A stretch of 64,000 nucleotides of DNA from Eledone cirrhosa (taxonomy: Eukaryota), in assembly GCA_964016885.1 (NCBI GenBank), contig OZ024743.1:234794001-234858000 (forward strand), read 5' to 3'. Below are positions 26,680 through 40,542 of this stretch, piece after piece. How positions within the stretch are numbered: the stretch's first letter is position 1; each line of letters starts with the position of its first letter. The notes under the pieces were generated by a model. The model saw only the letters and a list, made by a program, of their open reading frames with translations, was not told the origin of the DNA and did not search any database. The translations under genes and the position numbers were made by a program.

Positions 26680-28235
26680 AAGGCTAGAAAGAAATGAAGT
26701 ATGTTCTAGTGAATGTGTCAGTGGAAATCAGGATGTCATTGGAGAGATATGTGTTCATAATGACTCTGGTACACATAACCTCATTGATGCTCAGAAGAAA
26801 GAAGCCTGGAAATGCTACAATGGGAGGATGAGTGGATGGAAGGAAGAGGGACTACATCTATAGACTCAATAGAGGGGCTGGCTATCAAAATAGGCAGTTA
26901 TGGGGTCAAACAGGCAACCAAGGAGATGAAAAAGGATAAGGCTGCTGGACAGTCAAAGATAGTCATTGAGATCCTAAAATCAAGCTAGTCACCCACATTG
27001 TCAAATATATAATATATGATAGTGCCATACCCATTGACTGGTGTAGCTGTATAATCATTAACTGCTTTTATTCATTGTTGCTGTTATTGTTAATATTGTC
27101 ATTGCAGGATCATTTTTTTTAAGGGAATTTTTTGACTTCTGAGGTTAACATTTTTGTTTGTTTTAAATTTATTTTCTTTCTCTGTGCTTAAGATAGTTTC
27201 TGGCAATAAATACATTTAAAGCAAAAATGTTTCATGAACCCCTAAAATACCTTGTTTTGCTTGCGTAGGTCCTCAAACATTTTATATGGACTCCAGTTGA
27301 GAACTACTGCTGTAGTTCTCTATGCCATAACAGATGAGTTTAAGATGGGCTGTTTATGGGAACTTCTGTATGCTAATGATGCGATATTTATAGCCAATTC
27401 TGTGGAAGAGCTTGTGAAGAAGTTCATGTTGAGGAAACAGAACAGAATCGAAAGGGTTCAGAGTAAAGATAGTAAAGACCCAAGTTTTAGTAAGTAGGAA
27501 AAAGGACATGACTCTGATTCAACCAAGGAAGTAGTCATGCTTGATATATAGAAAAAGTAGAAGGTGGGGACTCTGAACAATGTACACAATGTCAGGTGTA
27601 GGAAGAGCAGCAGTGAAGTAACCCTTTTCAATTCAGGAAGGTTCCATAGAAGTAGTTGGTAGTGACTGTTACTCAGTTGCCCTAATTAGCTGCAGAGAAG
27701 GCTGCTCTGAAAACATAGTAACTTGAATAAGAAGAGCCTGGAAAATGTTTAGTGAGCCATTATCTCTGTTGACAACAAAGGGATTTTCTGTATGAGCAAA
27801 AGAAAGATTGTATGATACCTGTATGAGATGTTGTGATGTTGCATGGCTGTGAGACATGGGCAGTAAATGTAGAGGATAGGCAGAGACTGGAGAGAAACAA
27901 AGAGGACATGCTCTGTGGGTGTGTAATGTTGGTATTCATGAACAATGGGGCATGGGAACTGATAGAAAAACTGTATATAAAAGGAATCAGATGTAGTGTA
28001 GTCTGCACTGGTATTGATATGTGATGCATATGGATGATGAACGCTGAGTGAAGAAGTGCCAGAAGATGCTGTTAGAGGGAAGCTGCATTAGAAGATTGAG
28101 AAAAACCTGGGCTGATGTCAAAATGCTGAAACTCACCGAGATGACGAAGGAATGTTAAAAGTGAAGGAACCCTGTGCCAGAAAGGACCCATCCAACCCAT
28201 GCAAGCATGGAAAATCAGACATAAAATGGTGATGG
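26680..28235 (+). mobile_element. Decayed RTE LINE fragments
   Basis: EFKMGCLWELLYAND, MLHGCETWAV and other matches to the 59-62 kb element. Confidence 0.75.
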
Positions 28236-29847
28236 TTTGTGTGTAGGGTTTGAGAGAGCTTTTCAATCCAGTGTAGCATGTGACAACTTCTTGATTGCTG
28301 GTGCCACAGTAAAATACATCCACTTCACTTTGTAAAGTGTTCGAAAAACACACACAATACACCTGTTAGGTGTTTGGAAGGGCATCCAACTGTAGAAACC
28401 ATGCCAAATACAGAAGGAGCAAGAGGGGTCTCTCCGATTTATCAAGTCTTGCTTGAACCATGTCAAACCGGCCAATGCATGCCAACTTAGAAAGCGGACG
28501 TAAGATGAATATATATATATATCATAAATCATGTCTATAGAATCACCCGATAAAATATATACCATTTCCTCTCCCAATTAGCATAATTAACCATATAAAA
28601 AATCGATTAGACCAAGCTATAAGAATAAAGGCTTTTATGAAGAAATCTCCGACAAATAACCGAAAGCAACCCTTCGCGACGGAGTATTTATCGAGTATTT
28701 CGACAGCGTGTATAAATCGTCCAGATATACAGTCAACTAAACAGAATTAGGTGTAAAATAAACTAGGAGAAAAGTGAACATAATATATATATATATATGT
28801 ATCCGTATGTAGTTGATGGCTAAGAGAAAAGAGTACTCAATACCGAAGTAGAATTTAAATATTCACTTTTTAAGGCTAAATTGTGAGTTTTGTTACTCTG
28901 GAATGTTGCTTGCTTTTCACAGGGTCATCAAATTCCAGGGTAACAAAACTCACTATTATATATATATCACGTACTTTTCAGCCCCAGATATTTAATAGGA
29001 GGGAATTTTCGTTAGACATTTCCGTTTCGTCAAGTGGACGTTCGGCGAATGGATTTGCATATCTTCAAATAAACAAATAAACTGAAACCGTAGCGATGGA
29101 GACTTTTGGCTCCCTTACCACCTCCTTGTATACTACTATTAAGTTGGGAGGGCCATTTCAACGCGTTACCTTTGCTACAGTCAGCCATTCTGTTCGCTGG
29201 GACAACCTTGTCCCTGGGGTTCTACACGCCAGAAAGCCTTCACCAATTGTCTAGGTGCGCAGTAATGAGGTAGAGCTGATTGAATATTCTTTCCCGGGTT
29301 TTATGAATAAAAAAAACAAAACAATGTTGCACTCTTTGTTTGTTCTGTTGACATCAATATGCTATATAAATACATTAGGAAATACAAGCATAAAATCTAG
29401 TGTAAATACGATAATGAGTATATATCGTTAGAGGATTTATATTTTGTTTATACGAAGACCAGACCATTGATAAATTCTACAGCACTATTTTTATTTTTAT
29501 CATAATGAATATTTAAAAAAATATATATATTGCATACATTTTAAACGATATATTGATTGGATATAAATTATATGCGAGTCTGTACGTGTTATTGTAGTTG
29601 TGTATATAGAGTAAATAGTACTTTTCGTCATAAATACTTTTCCGTTTCGCTTTTTACTTTTATTTTACTTCTACCATGGTAAACCTATTGGACGCTGAAT
29701 GGCTTTTAATTCACAGGCTGGAGTAAAAAAAAAACAGTTGTTTACAACTGTCTATTGTTTTTAATTTACACACGCAGTATTGATTGAAATCTATAGATTT
29801 ATTCTGTAGTACATTATCGAATTAATTTATTGATATTTTTTGTAACT

Positions 29848-30219
29848 ATGGAGTTCACTCTGACAAAACGTGGCGGCAGAAAATTGCTATACAATGGGTA
29901 CGCTTATACTGTTGATAAAAAGAAGGATACTGTTACATATTGGAAATGTGAAGAAAGAGGAAAATGTGGAGGGCGACTTAAAACAATTAACGATGTTCTA
30001 CGAGGTTCTCCACCTCCACATTCTCACCCACCAGATGCTAGTAGAGCTGCTGTACTTAAAACAGTACAAAACATGAAAGCAAGAGCCAATGATACGGATG
30101 AAGTTACACGTACTATTATTCAGTGTTGTACATCAATATTTCCCCTAGAAGCAGCTGATTCTCTTCCCAAAAAGGAAAGTCTTAGCAGAATGATACAAAG
30201 ACAAAGGAAAATATCTGAA
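29848..30219 (+). CDS. Variable exon V2: FLYWCH zinc finger (MULE-transposase N-terminus), 124 codons
   Basis: FTLTKRGGRKLLYNGYAY...YWKCEERGKC...HSHPP, then LPKKESLSRMIQRQR; uninterrupted; ends GAA|GTAACA (phase 0, weaker donor); no catalytic domain follows. Confidence 0.7.
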
Positions 30220-31429
30220 GTAACAGACCAACTTTTTTTTAATCATTTATGCAATTTATCAAAAGTTCTAAATATATAAGTTTGAAATAATGAAATGATT
30301 ATTTTTCAAAATATTTGCTTAAATTACCCCCTACGAGTTCATACATACATACATACATGCATACACACACACATATATATATATGTTTTTCTTGGTGTCA
30401 CACTTTTTAACTGTTGTATTTACTCTAGACGGTAATGTATTAACATATCACTATTGAGTGCTTTCTGATTGCCTCAAACAACTCGATTAGTACCTGCTAT
30501 ATGGCAGCTACAACTTCGATTCATACCTAAAGAAACTAGGCATCACCCATTTTCTAACATTTTCAGATACAAAACCTAAAACCTATTTAGAAACGAAATA
30601 TTTCAAAACCCTACAAAAAAACAGAAAGGTTATTTTTAACCCTGTTGTTGTCCCCTTATTTGCGAATCACCTCATGAATTTTTTTAGGCGTCGAATTGAC
30701 CTAATTAAAAAAAAATCTAGCATTTCTTTCGATATCCTCACTGCCATTGTTTATAACTGTATCGTGATCAAATTTACTTTCGAAGCCAGATCACATGTTT
30801 CTAATTGGATTAAGGTCCGTAATTGGATCAAAACATGGCCCCGAGATGCTTAAACTTCTCTACCTGCTTCAGTGGAACTCCATTCACATGTAGAGTGCAC
30901 TGCGCAGGCTTCCTTGAAGGGACAAGTATCTCAGTTTTCATGTAAATAATGTTATCAGAATAATTATTTACATGAATCGCCTCACGTGTTCGTCTGAAGA
31001 TATGACATCTTGTTCTACTGGAAGCAAAACACCTCTTAACAGTTCCGCACACTGATCATTGTTTAAAGGGCCATGGAATTGTTGTATAGGACAACATACC
31101 ATAGAAGGCTCCATTCTGTCTGCTGGGACCACGAAGCGGCCTACACAAGGTTCCCACATACAAGAGATCACTATCCAACTCTGTCGGAGCCAGCATCACT
31201 GGGGTAGCGATGCTGAGTTGTATGTACTTGTGGGACACATCACAAAACTTTATTCTTAGAATTGACTCTTTGTTCATTTAAGCTGGTGGTTCTTCCGTAA
31301 CAAACAGCAATCAGCTGTTTCATTTGGCAGTGAGGCTTTTGAATGACATGTTTGACTTTTATGTAACATCGTACTTTGTATATAGTGAAACTTTTTGTTG
31401 TCAAAGAGGTTGTAGCTCCTTGAATTTTC

Positions 31430-33960
31430 CCCATCTTGTTCTTATACTAGCCTCTATGCTTTCAGAGCAACCTCCGCCACTGCTAATTAGGTCACCTAGG
31501 TAACAGAAACTATCAATTACTTCTTTGGAAACTTACTGAGATTGGATAGATAACATTTATTTCCCTGGGACTCTTATTACTAACTACTCCTGTGCATCTC
31601 CCACATAGAAAATTTACCTTTTGTGTTACTCTGCCTACAATCCTACTACACCTTTTTTACATATCGAGCAAAAGTCCCGTTTTCTTTCCTTTTTTTGGGG
31701 GGGCCACTTATTTCTAAGAGGGTCTTGGGGGTAGAGTCTGCAAACACTCCTTCCAGCGGATCCTGTCAGAAGCAGCCGTTTCCAATTGATCCGGCTGGAT
31801 CCTCAGGCTAAACAAGTCGAGCTCATGAATGTTGTTCAACCATCTTCATTGGAGTCTCCTGCTAGTTGGTTTTGCCTGTAAAATATGTCCAGTGATTCTT
31901 TCCTGAGACATTCTAAACACATGCCTATAATGTTGGAGCTGTGGTCTCTCAATTCGGGGAAGTAGCAGCTCTACCTGCAACAACTCTCTGATCTCCGAGC
32001 TACACACTCTATCGAGTAATGTTAGTCTAAAGACACTTCAGAGGAACCCCATTTTGGCTGCTTGTATTCGTGATTGTATTCGTTCCGTCAATACCCAAGA
32101 TTCAGAACCATAGGTAAAGGTTGGCAAGATAGCGAGTTTGGCCTTTACACCAACCTCCCTTCTTCTGATTACTGAATACACATTACTGCACCAGCTCCTG
32201 CAATGCTTGTACCTAATTCAGCCACCTACTTACTATCACTTGTGAACACAGCCCTGAGATACTTGAACTTCTCCACCTGCTTCAGTGGAACTCCATTCAC
32301 ATGTAGAGTGCACTGCGCAAGCTTCCTTGAGGGTTCAAGTATCTCAGTTTCCATAGCACTAATTTTCATTCCAACCATGCAGCACTCAGCATCAGACCTA
32401 TCAAGTGCATGTCAGAGATAACCTTCTGATGAGTTAAGTAATACCATCATCATCACCATTTGACGTCTATTTTTCCACACTAGCATGGATTAGACAAGTT
32501 GTCCCATTGTGAGACAAGCCAGATCAGATGTACATGTCTTGCTTACACAGAACTGATTCTGGCTTGGTTTCTATGGCTGGATGCCCTTCTTAATGCCAAC
32601 TGCATTTACAGTGTGTACTGGGTGCTTTTTGTCATGACACCAACATGACCACTTTACAGTGGGTACTGTACTGGGTGCTTTTTATCATGGCACCAAAACG
32701 AACACTTTACAGTGTGTAGTAGGTGCTTTTTGTCATGACACCTATACAACTACTTTACAGTGTGAGCTGGCCACTTTTTGTTGTGGAACCAAAATGACAA
32801 CTTTACAGTGTGGACTGGGTGCTTTTTGTTGTGACACCAACATGACCATATGTCTCCAATTATTAAAATTTTGATATCTGCTAGGTTTACTCAGAGTCCT
32901 TTTGTTTCTAAGTTTTGTCTACACAGTAGGAATTTCATCACTAGCTCTTCCACAGAATCAGCTACAAGAACCAGATTAACAACATAAAGGAGTTCCCATG
33001 GGCAACCGGTCTTAAACTCCTCTGTTATGGCCTGTAGAACTATGATAAACAAAAGTGGGCTGATGACTGAACCATGATGAACACCTACCACATTGAATTC
33101 TTCACTAAACTCATTACCTACTCACACTTTGCTGACAGCATCTGTACATGGCTTGCATTGCCCTTACAAGACACTCATCTACACCCAGTTTCCTTAAAGA
33201 CTACCCGATAACAGATTGTGGAACTATGTCAAAGGCCTTCTTCAAATCAACAAAAACTAGATATGTTGGCTTACACACTGCTAGGAAGAGGACATTTGTG
33301 GTACTCCTTCCTGGCACAAAACCAAACTGAATCTTATCTAATTTGACTCTTTTCCTAATTAGTTGAGCTAAAACGTTTTCTGTTACTTTCATAACTTGGT
33401 CCATCAATTTTATGCTTTTGTAGTTGCTCCTTTCTAGAACATCACCTTTTCTCCTGTAACAATGATTATCTTGCTACACCTGTCATTGCGTATAACACCA
33501 TCATGTAATACCTGATTGACTCTGCAGGTGGCTGGCTCAACTCCTATTTCACTGGATGATTTCAGCATCTCAGCAACTGACTGTCCAGCAACTTCTTTTT
33601 TCATCTACAATAGCCAGTCTCTCAGTTGAATCTACTATAGGTAGTCTCTTTTCCGTCCACTCATTTTCCAGATTCATCAATATTTCACAATAACATTTCC
33701 AAACATCTTTCTTCTAATCATCAGTGAAGTTAAGTACCCCGGTGTCATTCCAAACACACTTTTCCCAAACAACATCCTGATTCCTACCGACACATAGCTT
33801 TGCAATGTTGAAAGTCTCATGCCTCTAATCATCATATCGAAGAATGTTGGCAAACTTCTTGTGTTCAGCGTTTTTACATGTTTTGTAACCCTGTTGTCTT
33901 GCTTCGCATTTTGCTACTCTTGATATTCTTTGCTGTCCCCACTTTTCTATTTTTTTCATA
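31430..33960 (-). mobile_element. Cluster of decayed RTE-type LINE fragments and SINE-like module
   Basis: QVEKFKYL, GVHHGSVISPLLF, FVDLKKAFD peptides on minus strand. Confidence 0.75.
32604..32850. repeat. ~42-bp degenerate tandem repeat (x5-6) inside SINE/RTE 3' module
   Basis: Unit like TTTACAGTGTGTACTGGGTGCTTTTTGTCATGACACCAACATGACCAC; similar array inverted at ~49000-49200. Confidence 0.75.
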
Positions 33961-35559
33961 TCCACATCTTATTATAAATCATAGTTTTGTCTTTTGTAAT
34001 GTCATATAATGATTTTTTTCTAAATAGGTTGTATCTGAAATAGTTAAAAAATGAGGGGTGCCTTGTTTCTTTTTTCTAGAGGTGTGTGTATATATATATA
34101 TATCTTACTGATTAACATATATGTACAATCTGATTGTTGGGCTTGTATTTTAATAATACAAACTTTTGAGTGAGTAAGAAAATGACTGAGGCTGTGTTGA
34201 TTCTATTAGACAAGCTTCGTTACTTATTTATATATGTATGTATGTGTATATAAATATATATAGATAGAGATATAAATCAAAAGTCAGATGAGAAAATGTG
34301 TTGCATTGGAATATGAGATAAATCAGATGTAATAAAACAAGTGGGAAATGGAACAAATTACTAAGAAACAGTACAGTATAGACACAGGTGAAAAACAAAA
34401 GTGGAGAACATGACAGATATAACAATAATAAATTCCTATCGTCAGACAATTTTTTTTTTTGATAAGTAAACAGTCAGCAATCTATAGCTTAGTGTTCTTC
34501 CACTATAATACTTCCAAATTAGGAAGGTGTCGTTCAGAAGAGATGACCAACGCGAGGAACAGAATACAATGTGTGAACGATACAGACAGAATTTTTCATT
34601 GTTATTGTTTTTCACCCGTTTCTGTACTGATCTGTTTGTTCGTGTTTTGTCTGATTTTCCACATGTTTCATTACATTTGGTTTATATACACATTGGATAT
34701 TTCTCTTTAGATATATAAAATAATTCTATAAAATGAAAGTGAATTAAAGTGAAAAGAAAAACCCACACATAAAATGAAACTGAGTGAAACATGCAAATTT
34801 TATTCAAACTGCTGAGGCAGCTAATCAACACAATGTTTAGATGGTGTGGTTTTGAAATTCTCATGAGTGGAGAATATATTTATGAAGTTTTAATATTTGG
34901 ATATTTACCTCTTTTTACCATTTCATCCATTCTATAAAGTTTCAACAAGTTTCTTGTTTACTTCCAGCCACTCACATTCTGGGAGTAGTTGAACACAAGA
35001 GATGGAATAAGAGAACATAAAGTAGAAGAGGGAGTGAGAGAGAGGGGAGGCACAGCGAGAAAAATAAAATACAAGACAAATAAGATTGAAAGAAAAAGTA
35101 TAATTAAGTCACAGAAAAACAGTCAACGTGTGTGTTTCATTGTAAAATAATCACTCTAGATATTTTAGCACCTTATTTATGTAGAATTTGAAGTTAGTGA
35201 AAATAGGCAAAATATTGACCTCAAATAGAAGCCAACCCCCATTTTACCATCTATTTTCTTTTGTTACACTTCTTGGCTTATATACGAGTATATATGGTAA
35301 GTCTTTTCTTCTGAGAAGATGTACTAGCCAACATAGACTAGTTAACAGTGACATCAGAATAAGAATTAGATGGAACAATCTGGAGAAAGAGGATGTTGAA
35401 AGTAAAGGAGTCTTCTGTCAAATATAGGTTCCAGAAATGTTCTAAGTAATGCTTGTAGTGAAGAGGGGGAGGGGTTAATGCATATGATACAGAAGGCATT
35501 TGGAAGTTTCTATGTCACAATAGCTGGAGCAAGGTACCAGCCAGACAGACAAAAGATGA

Positions 35560-36420
35560 CTTGATGGTATTAAAACTAACAGACTAGAAGAAAAAGGACA
35601 GCAAAGAACAATATCAAGTAGCTAAAAGAGAAGCTAGATGACAAGTTTACATAGCATGTAGAGAAGCTGAAAGCAGGAGTTTTGCCAAAATCTTGTGATA
35701 TGAGGATCAGAGCCATGAAGTATTCTAGATTGCAAAGCAGTGTGTCAGTGTCAATCAAGGTGTCACTGGGGAAAAGTGCATTTGGAATTACATCAGTGCA
35801 CTTAGCCTCTCTGATGCTTAGAAGAAAAAGGCTTGAAAATGTTACCATGAGAGATTACTGAATGTACAGAATGAACAGGAGGAACTACCCCCAATAAACA
35901 TAACAGAGGGACTAGTTATCAAAGTTGACAGATATATGTTTAAAAAAGAGACCATCAAGGATATGAAAATGGGGAAAGCAGCTGGATCAACAGAGATAGT
36001 CACTGAGATGCTGGAAATATCTGGTCATGTAGGAATCAAGCTAGTCACTCAAGTAATACATGATGGTGTCATACCCAATGACTAACAGCAGTATTACCAT
36101 TAATTGCAACAAGGGAAAATATGATGCTCTAGAAAGGAGTATCTACAGAGGCATTAAACTGATGGATCAAGTTATGAAAGTGACAGATTCTTAGTCCAAC
36201 TTATCAAGAAAAAATCAGATTAGATACAGTTTGATTTTGCGCCAGGAAGGAGCACCACAGATGCTTTCTTGGTGAGGCAGCTAAAAGAGAAATTCTGAGC
36301 TAAGTATAAGCTGCTATACCTAACTTTCTTTGATCTGGAGAAGGACCTTGATAGAGTACCTTAGGTGTAGATGAGTGGCTTATGAAAGTAGGTAATGAGT
36401 TAGGGAGGAGCTCAAAGTAT
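35560..36420 (+). mobile_element. Decayed RTE LINE fragment
   Basis: YRGIKLMDQVMKV region matching the 61.1 kb sequence. Confidence 0.7.
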
Positions 36421-37761
36421 AGATGGATTTCCAGCCTCACCATCTTTATATTGGTTGGTTTTGAGCCCATTTTCCATAACCTGTATGCTATGTGTATCCC
36501 AGATTTTAGAATAGATACAATGTATCCCTGCATGTCATAAGAGGCAAATAAAAGGGTTGGTGTCAAGAAGAGCATTTGTCTGTAAAACATCAATGATGAT
36601 GATGATGTTCCTCTGTCTCTCATGCTTGTCCATTAGCTTCTTAAGGAAAGGGATCCAGCCATAGAAACCAAGCCCAAATCAGTTCTGTATGAGCAAGACA
36701 TGGTCATCCGACCTGGTATGTCTCACAAGACAATTCGTCTAACTCATACTAGCATGGAAAAATGGATGTTAAACAAATATGATGATATATATATATGTAG
36801 GATCCTGATGTAAAACAGGAGGTGACCACTGTTAAAAAAGGAACTGAATATGTCAGTAGAGTATAGGTATATTCATTTTATTTTAGAAATGACTTCTACA
36901 GGACTAGAACAGTTTCATATATATACACACACAATTATTTAATGTCAGCTTTTTCATACTAGCAGAAGTTTGAGAGGTCATCAGAGACTAAGCTAGCACT
37001 CGATCGAAGCCACAGTCCTCATAGACAGGCTTGGGGCTGCATCTTGCTCATGTACATTCCTACAATTTACAGTGTACTGGGTACATTTTATCGAGGTACT
37101 AGCACTAGCGAGGTTGTCATGCTCTTAACACAAATGTTTGGCAAGTTTTCTACTGACAGATGCTATCCAAACAGAAACCACTTTACAGAGTGTATTTTAT
37201 CATGGCACCATCATTAGGGAGGTTTGGGTCCTTTCAACCCTTTGCTTCTCAATTTTTCTACAGCTGGATATAAACATCAAGAGGTTTCAAACAGTATTAG
37301 CCTAGGACATGTCTAACTTAAATGCACCACCTAGTGAATTATCTTAAAATCATATTTGGGAAAACCATAGTCCATGGAACAAATTTGGAGATTGGCTGTT
37401 TTGTGTTTTTATCCATGTACTTTTTGAAGACTATCCATGATTTGTATTGGGAGATAGAGTTAAAAATGTTGCTTTAAACTTCACCAAAACAGCCAGCAAT
37501 GCACATTACCACAACCATCAACATTATTATCATCACCACCAATTATTATTACCACCTACAAACACCACCACAACATCATGTCATGTGACAGGATTTGAAT
37601 TTTATTTCACATAATTGATTTATTAATCACATCCCCCACCTACATCTCCTCTACTCACACCAAGATAAAATATTTGTACCACAAAGTGGTTATGTATGGG
37701 GTCCCAGTTTCGTGTGTTATTTGAACTTGATGCCAACAGTATTTGAGCAAAGTTAATGGTA

Positions 37762-37980
37762 TATAGTGTACCCCGGCATTCGCGGAATTGTAAATATCTT
37801 CCGCGATTTTTTATGCTTTTTGCGTGGGAATATATATTTTTCACGTTTTTTAACGCTAAATTATTAATAGCAATATACCTTACGTTATATTTTGACATTT
37901 ATAGGCAAATATTCGCGGTTTTTAACTATTCGCAGATGCTCTAGGAACATAACCTCCGCGAATACCGGGGGACAACTATA
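37762..37980. mobile_element. Tigger/pogo-type MITE
   Basis: TIRs TATAGTGTACCCCGGCATTCGCGG / CCGCGAATACCGGGGGACAACTATA with TA ends. Confidence 0.75.
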
Positions 37981-38476
37981 TATATATATATATATAATTA
38001 ACCTTTATATTTTCAATAATGCAAAAAACATTTTTTTCGATGCTCAGTGTTGTTTTCTAATAATTGTTTCTACTTTAGGCACAAGGCCAGCAATTATCCA
38101 GTGCATTACTGCTACTTTATTTTATCGACCCCGTAAGGATGAAAGGCATCATTTGAAATTGTCTGTAAATAACTTTATATATCCAATAATGAAAAAAAGG
38201 CTCTAAAAATGTGTCAACAGGAAGCACTGGATGATGGCAATATAATATTTGTATGTGTAGTCTTTACAAAATATTCCGTTTTCATGTCATTAAAAAGGAA
38301 AAAGAAAACGAAAGTGTACAACCGACATAATACTTTCGTGTATGTTTATATTTCTTTTCCAATCTTTTATCAAATCTCTTGTCAAACAAACATAATTCAA
38401 GAATGTGTGGCAATCCTTCATAATACGACCGTAAACTTAAAATTAATTATAAATAGAAACTACATCTTTTCAAGTA

Positions 38477-38623
38477 CAAATTAAAATAATCTCGAAGCAG
38501 ATTGAAGTAAACTAGAAGCAAATTAAAATATTCTCGAAGCAAAACGAAATAATAATATATAACCTCGAAACAAATTAAAATAATCTCGAAACAAATTAAA
38601 ATAATCTCGGAGCAAATTAAATA
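38477..38623 (+). repeat. 21-bp tandem repeat CAAATTAAAATAATCTCGAAG (x6-7)
   Basis: Direct reading; ends ~100 bp upstream of the V3 ATG. Confidence 0.85.
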
Positions 38624-38722
38624 GTAGATACTTAGATGAAGCATTGTAGATGTTTATGTTTTGAATTTGACTCTGATTCGTTTTAAATTTAAATTAATTT
38701 CATCATTTGACTTCGTTTTTCA

Positions 38723-39154
38723 ATGCTACGATTACTTATGGAAGACGAAAGCCATGATAGCTTGTCTCAAGCTACAAGTTCTGGTATTTCACGAGGTGTT
38801 AAACAAGGAAGTAAGCGGGGGTCATACAAGAAGTCTGCACTTGAAACTCGTATGCATATACTGGCTGCCGCCGAAAGAGGAGAAGATTGGGAATCAATAG
38901 CTGCAGCTCATGGTGTTAAGAAGACAACAGCATATAATTGGGTGCGCAGGGATCGTGCATCACATTTGCACCGCGGAGGTGTCCGTGATAAAGTGAAGAA
39001 GATAAAACATGAACATATCGAATCACTTGTTGGCTGGTTAAACAAATGTCCACAATTAACATTGAAGAATCTTTGCGAACGTTTACAATCAACATATGGT
39101 TTGACTGTGTCCCAACAAACAATAGCAAGTCATCTCGATGGAAGAATGATGTTG
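38723..39154 (+). CDS. Variable exon V3: Tc1/IS630-type tandem HTH / winged-helix DNA-binding region, 144 codons
   Basis: ILAAAERGEDWESIAAAHGVKKTTAYNWV...RGG...PQLTLKNLCERLQSTYGLTVSQQTIASHL; uninterrupted; ends TTG|GTCAGT (phase 0). Confidence 0.75.
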
Positions 39155-40542
39155 GTCAGTAACAACTTTACAAACTCACTATGTGGAAATGAATTTCATT
39201 AAATCGTTTGGCATAACTACAGTTTACTTTCAACATATTTTGTAGTAGGCTAAATGTAAACTCGGAATTTCATATTGATAACGAATATTGTTAATTAAGC
39301 TAGTGTCATAGATTTTCTATAGGAACGTAATGTCATTTCTACTACTATGAATTACGAAATAAATATACTTTTAATTTAATCGTAATCCACCTGTTCGAAA
39401 ACACACCTCTGCAAAATTTCATTTCTCGCGAGGGTGCTTGGCTGTTTCAGCGCATCAGCCTCGCCATCACCCGAAGCAACGCTGCGAGTGTGCTGTCTTT
39501 TGCTCTGGTGTTGCTCCGTTGTTCACACCTTCCTTTACAGTTTCTTTAATATTGTCGCAGTGAAGGAATATATCTTTCGTTATATCATCCTTTGTAGTGT
39601 TACCGAGGCATTTGTAATGTTGTTTATGTATATATTTAAAACATATTTGTTATGTTATTCTACTGTAAATTAACTGTTTATATTTTCATTCTGAAGGAAT
39701 TGCAAACGATTTGTAATGTTATATATAAAAGCTAATAAACGGTTTACTAATATAAAATATACAGAATTAAGAAAGTTATGAGAAAACAAAGCCAGAATGT
39801 AAACATTAAACTGTAGTTAAGCCTATATATATAATATACAAAGTGTCCTCCCAAAATGTATGCACACTTTGATTACCTGTACAGGGAATATTTATTTAAA
39901 TGATTTTTCAATTTTCATGTACATGTAATATATTTTTCAATAAAATTATAAAACTCATTAGTAAAAAATCAATAAGATAAACAAAACTGCTTAATTAATG
40001 TTTTATAATTTTATTTAAAATATAATAGTATCGTTTATTTAATGTTTGTAGAACATGGTTTTGTTTATATTAATATATATTTTTTAGCTATACTAGTTTA
40101 ATATGAGATGGTGTGTTGCTTGTGAAGGAGACATACATGAAAGTATTATGCTCGTTGTTTAATTTTTTAACAACATATAAAATATAAGCTATATAACACG
40201 ACAAAATTACGGACGAAACTCCCCCACCTACATAAAATTTATGTGAATATGAATAATAAATACTATCTATTTTTATTAACGACTTTCATAGAATGCAGGT
40301 GTGTATGCGCGCGTATGTTTCGTTCCTGCTTCGCTTAACAAATACTTGGCTGTGTGAGAATTCGTTTAACGTTCACCACTTCGAACAAACTGTTCATTGA
40401 GTTATACGTTTAGCGAGAGGCGTACGAAATTACGTTTTCAGTTTAATTTATTTTAATGCATGTTAACTGGAGGTAAACTTAAGGCAGAATCTAAGATTCC
40501 TTGCTTTCTCTCCAGTTTTGCGAAATAAATTTTCGAATAATA

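Noticed and set aside
23915-28565. Possible minus-strand gene: ATG|GTATAT at 28565-28561 and acceptor at 24181
   Set aside because: Joining gives only ~25 codons; the nearby 49-codon ORF has no recognisable motif; insufficient support.
30567-30855. Acceptor and open frame downstream of the FLYWCH exon as a private second exon
   Set aside because: Stops immediately in phase 0; the open frame would need a phase-1 donor that I could not find.
32604-32850. Regularly spaced repeats resembling a CRISPR array (also 38477-38623)
   Set aside because: Degenerate head-to-tail tandem units without unique spacers, in eukaryotic DNA with no cas genes.
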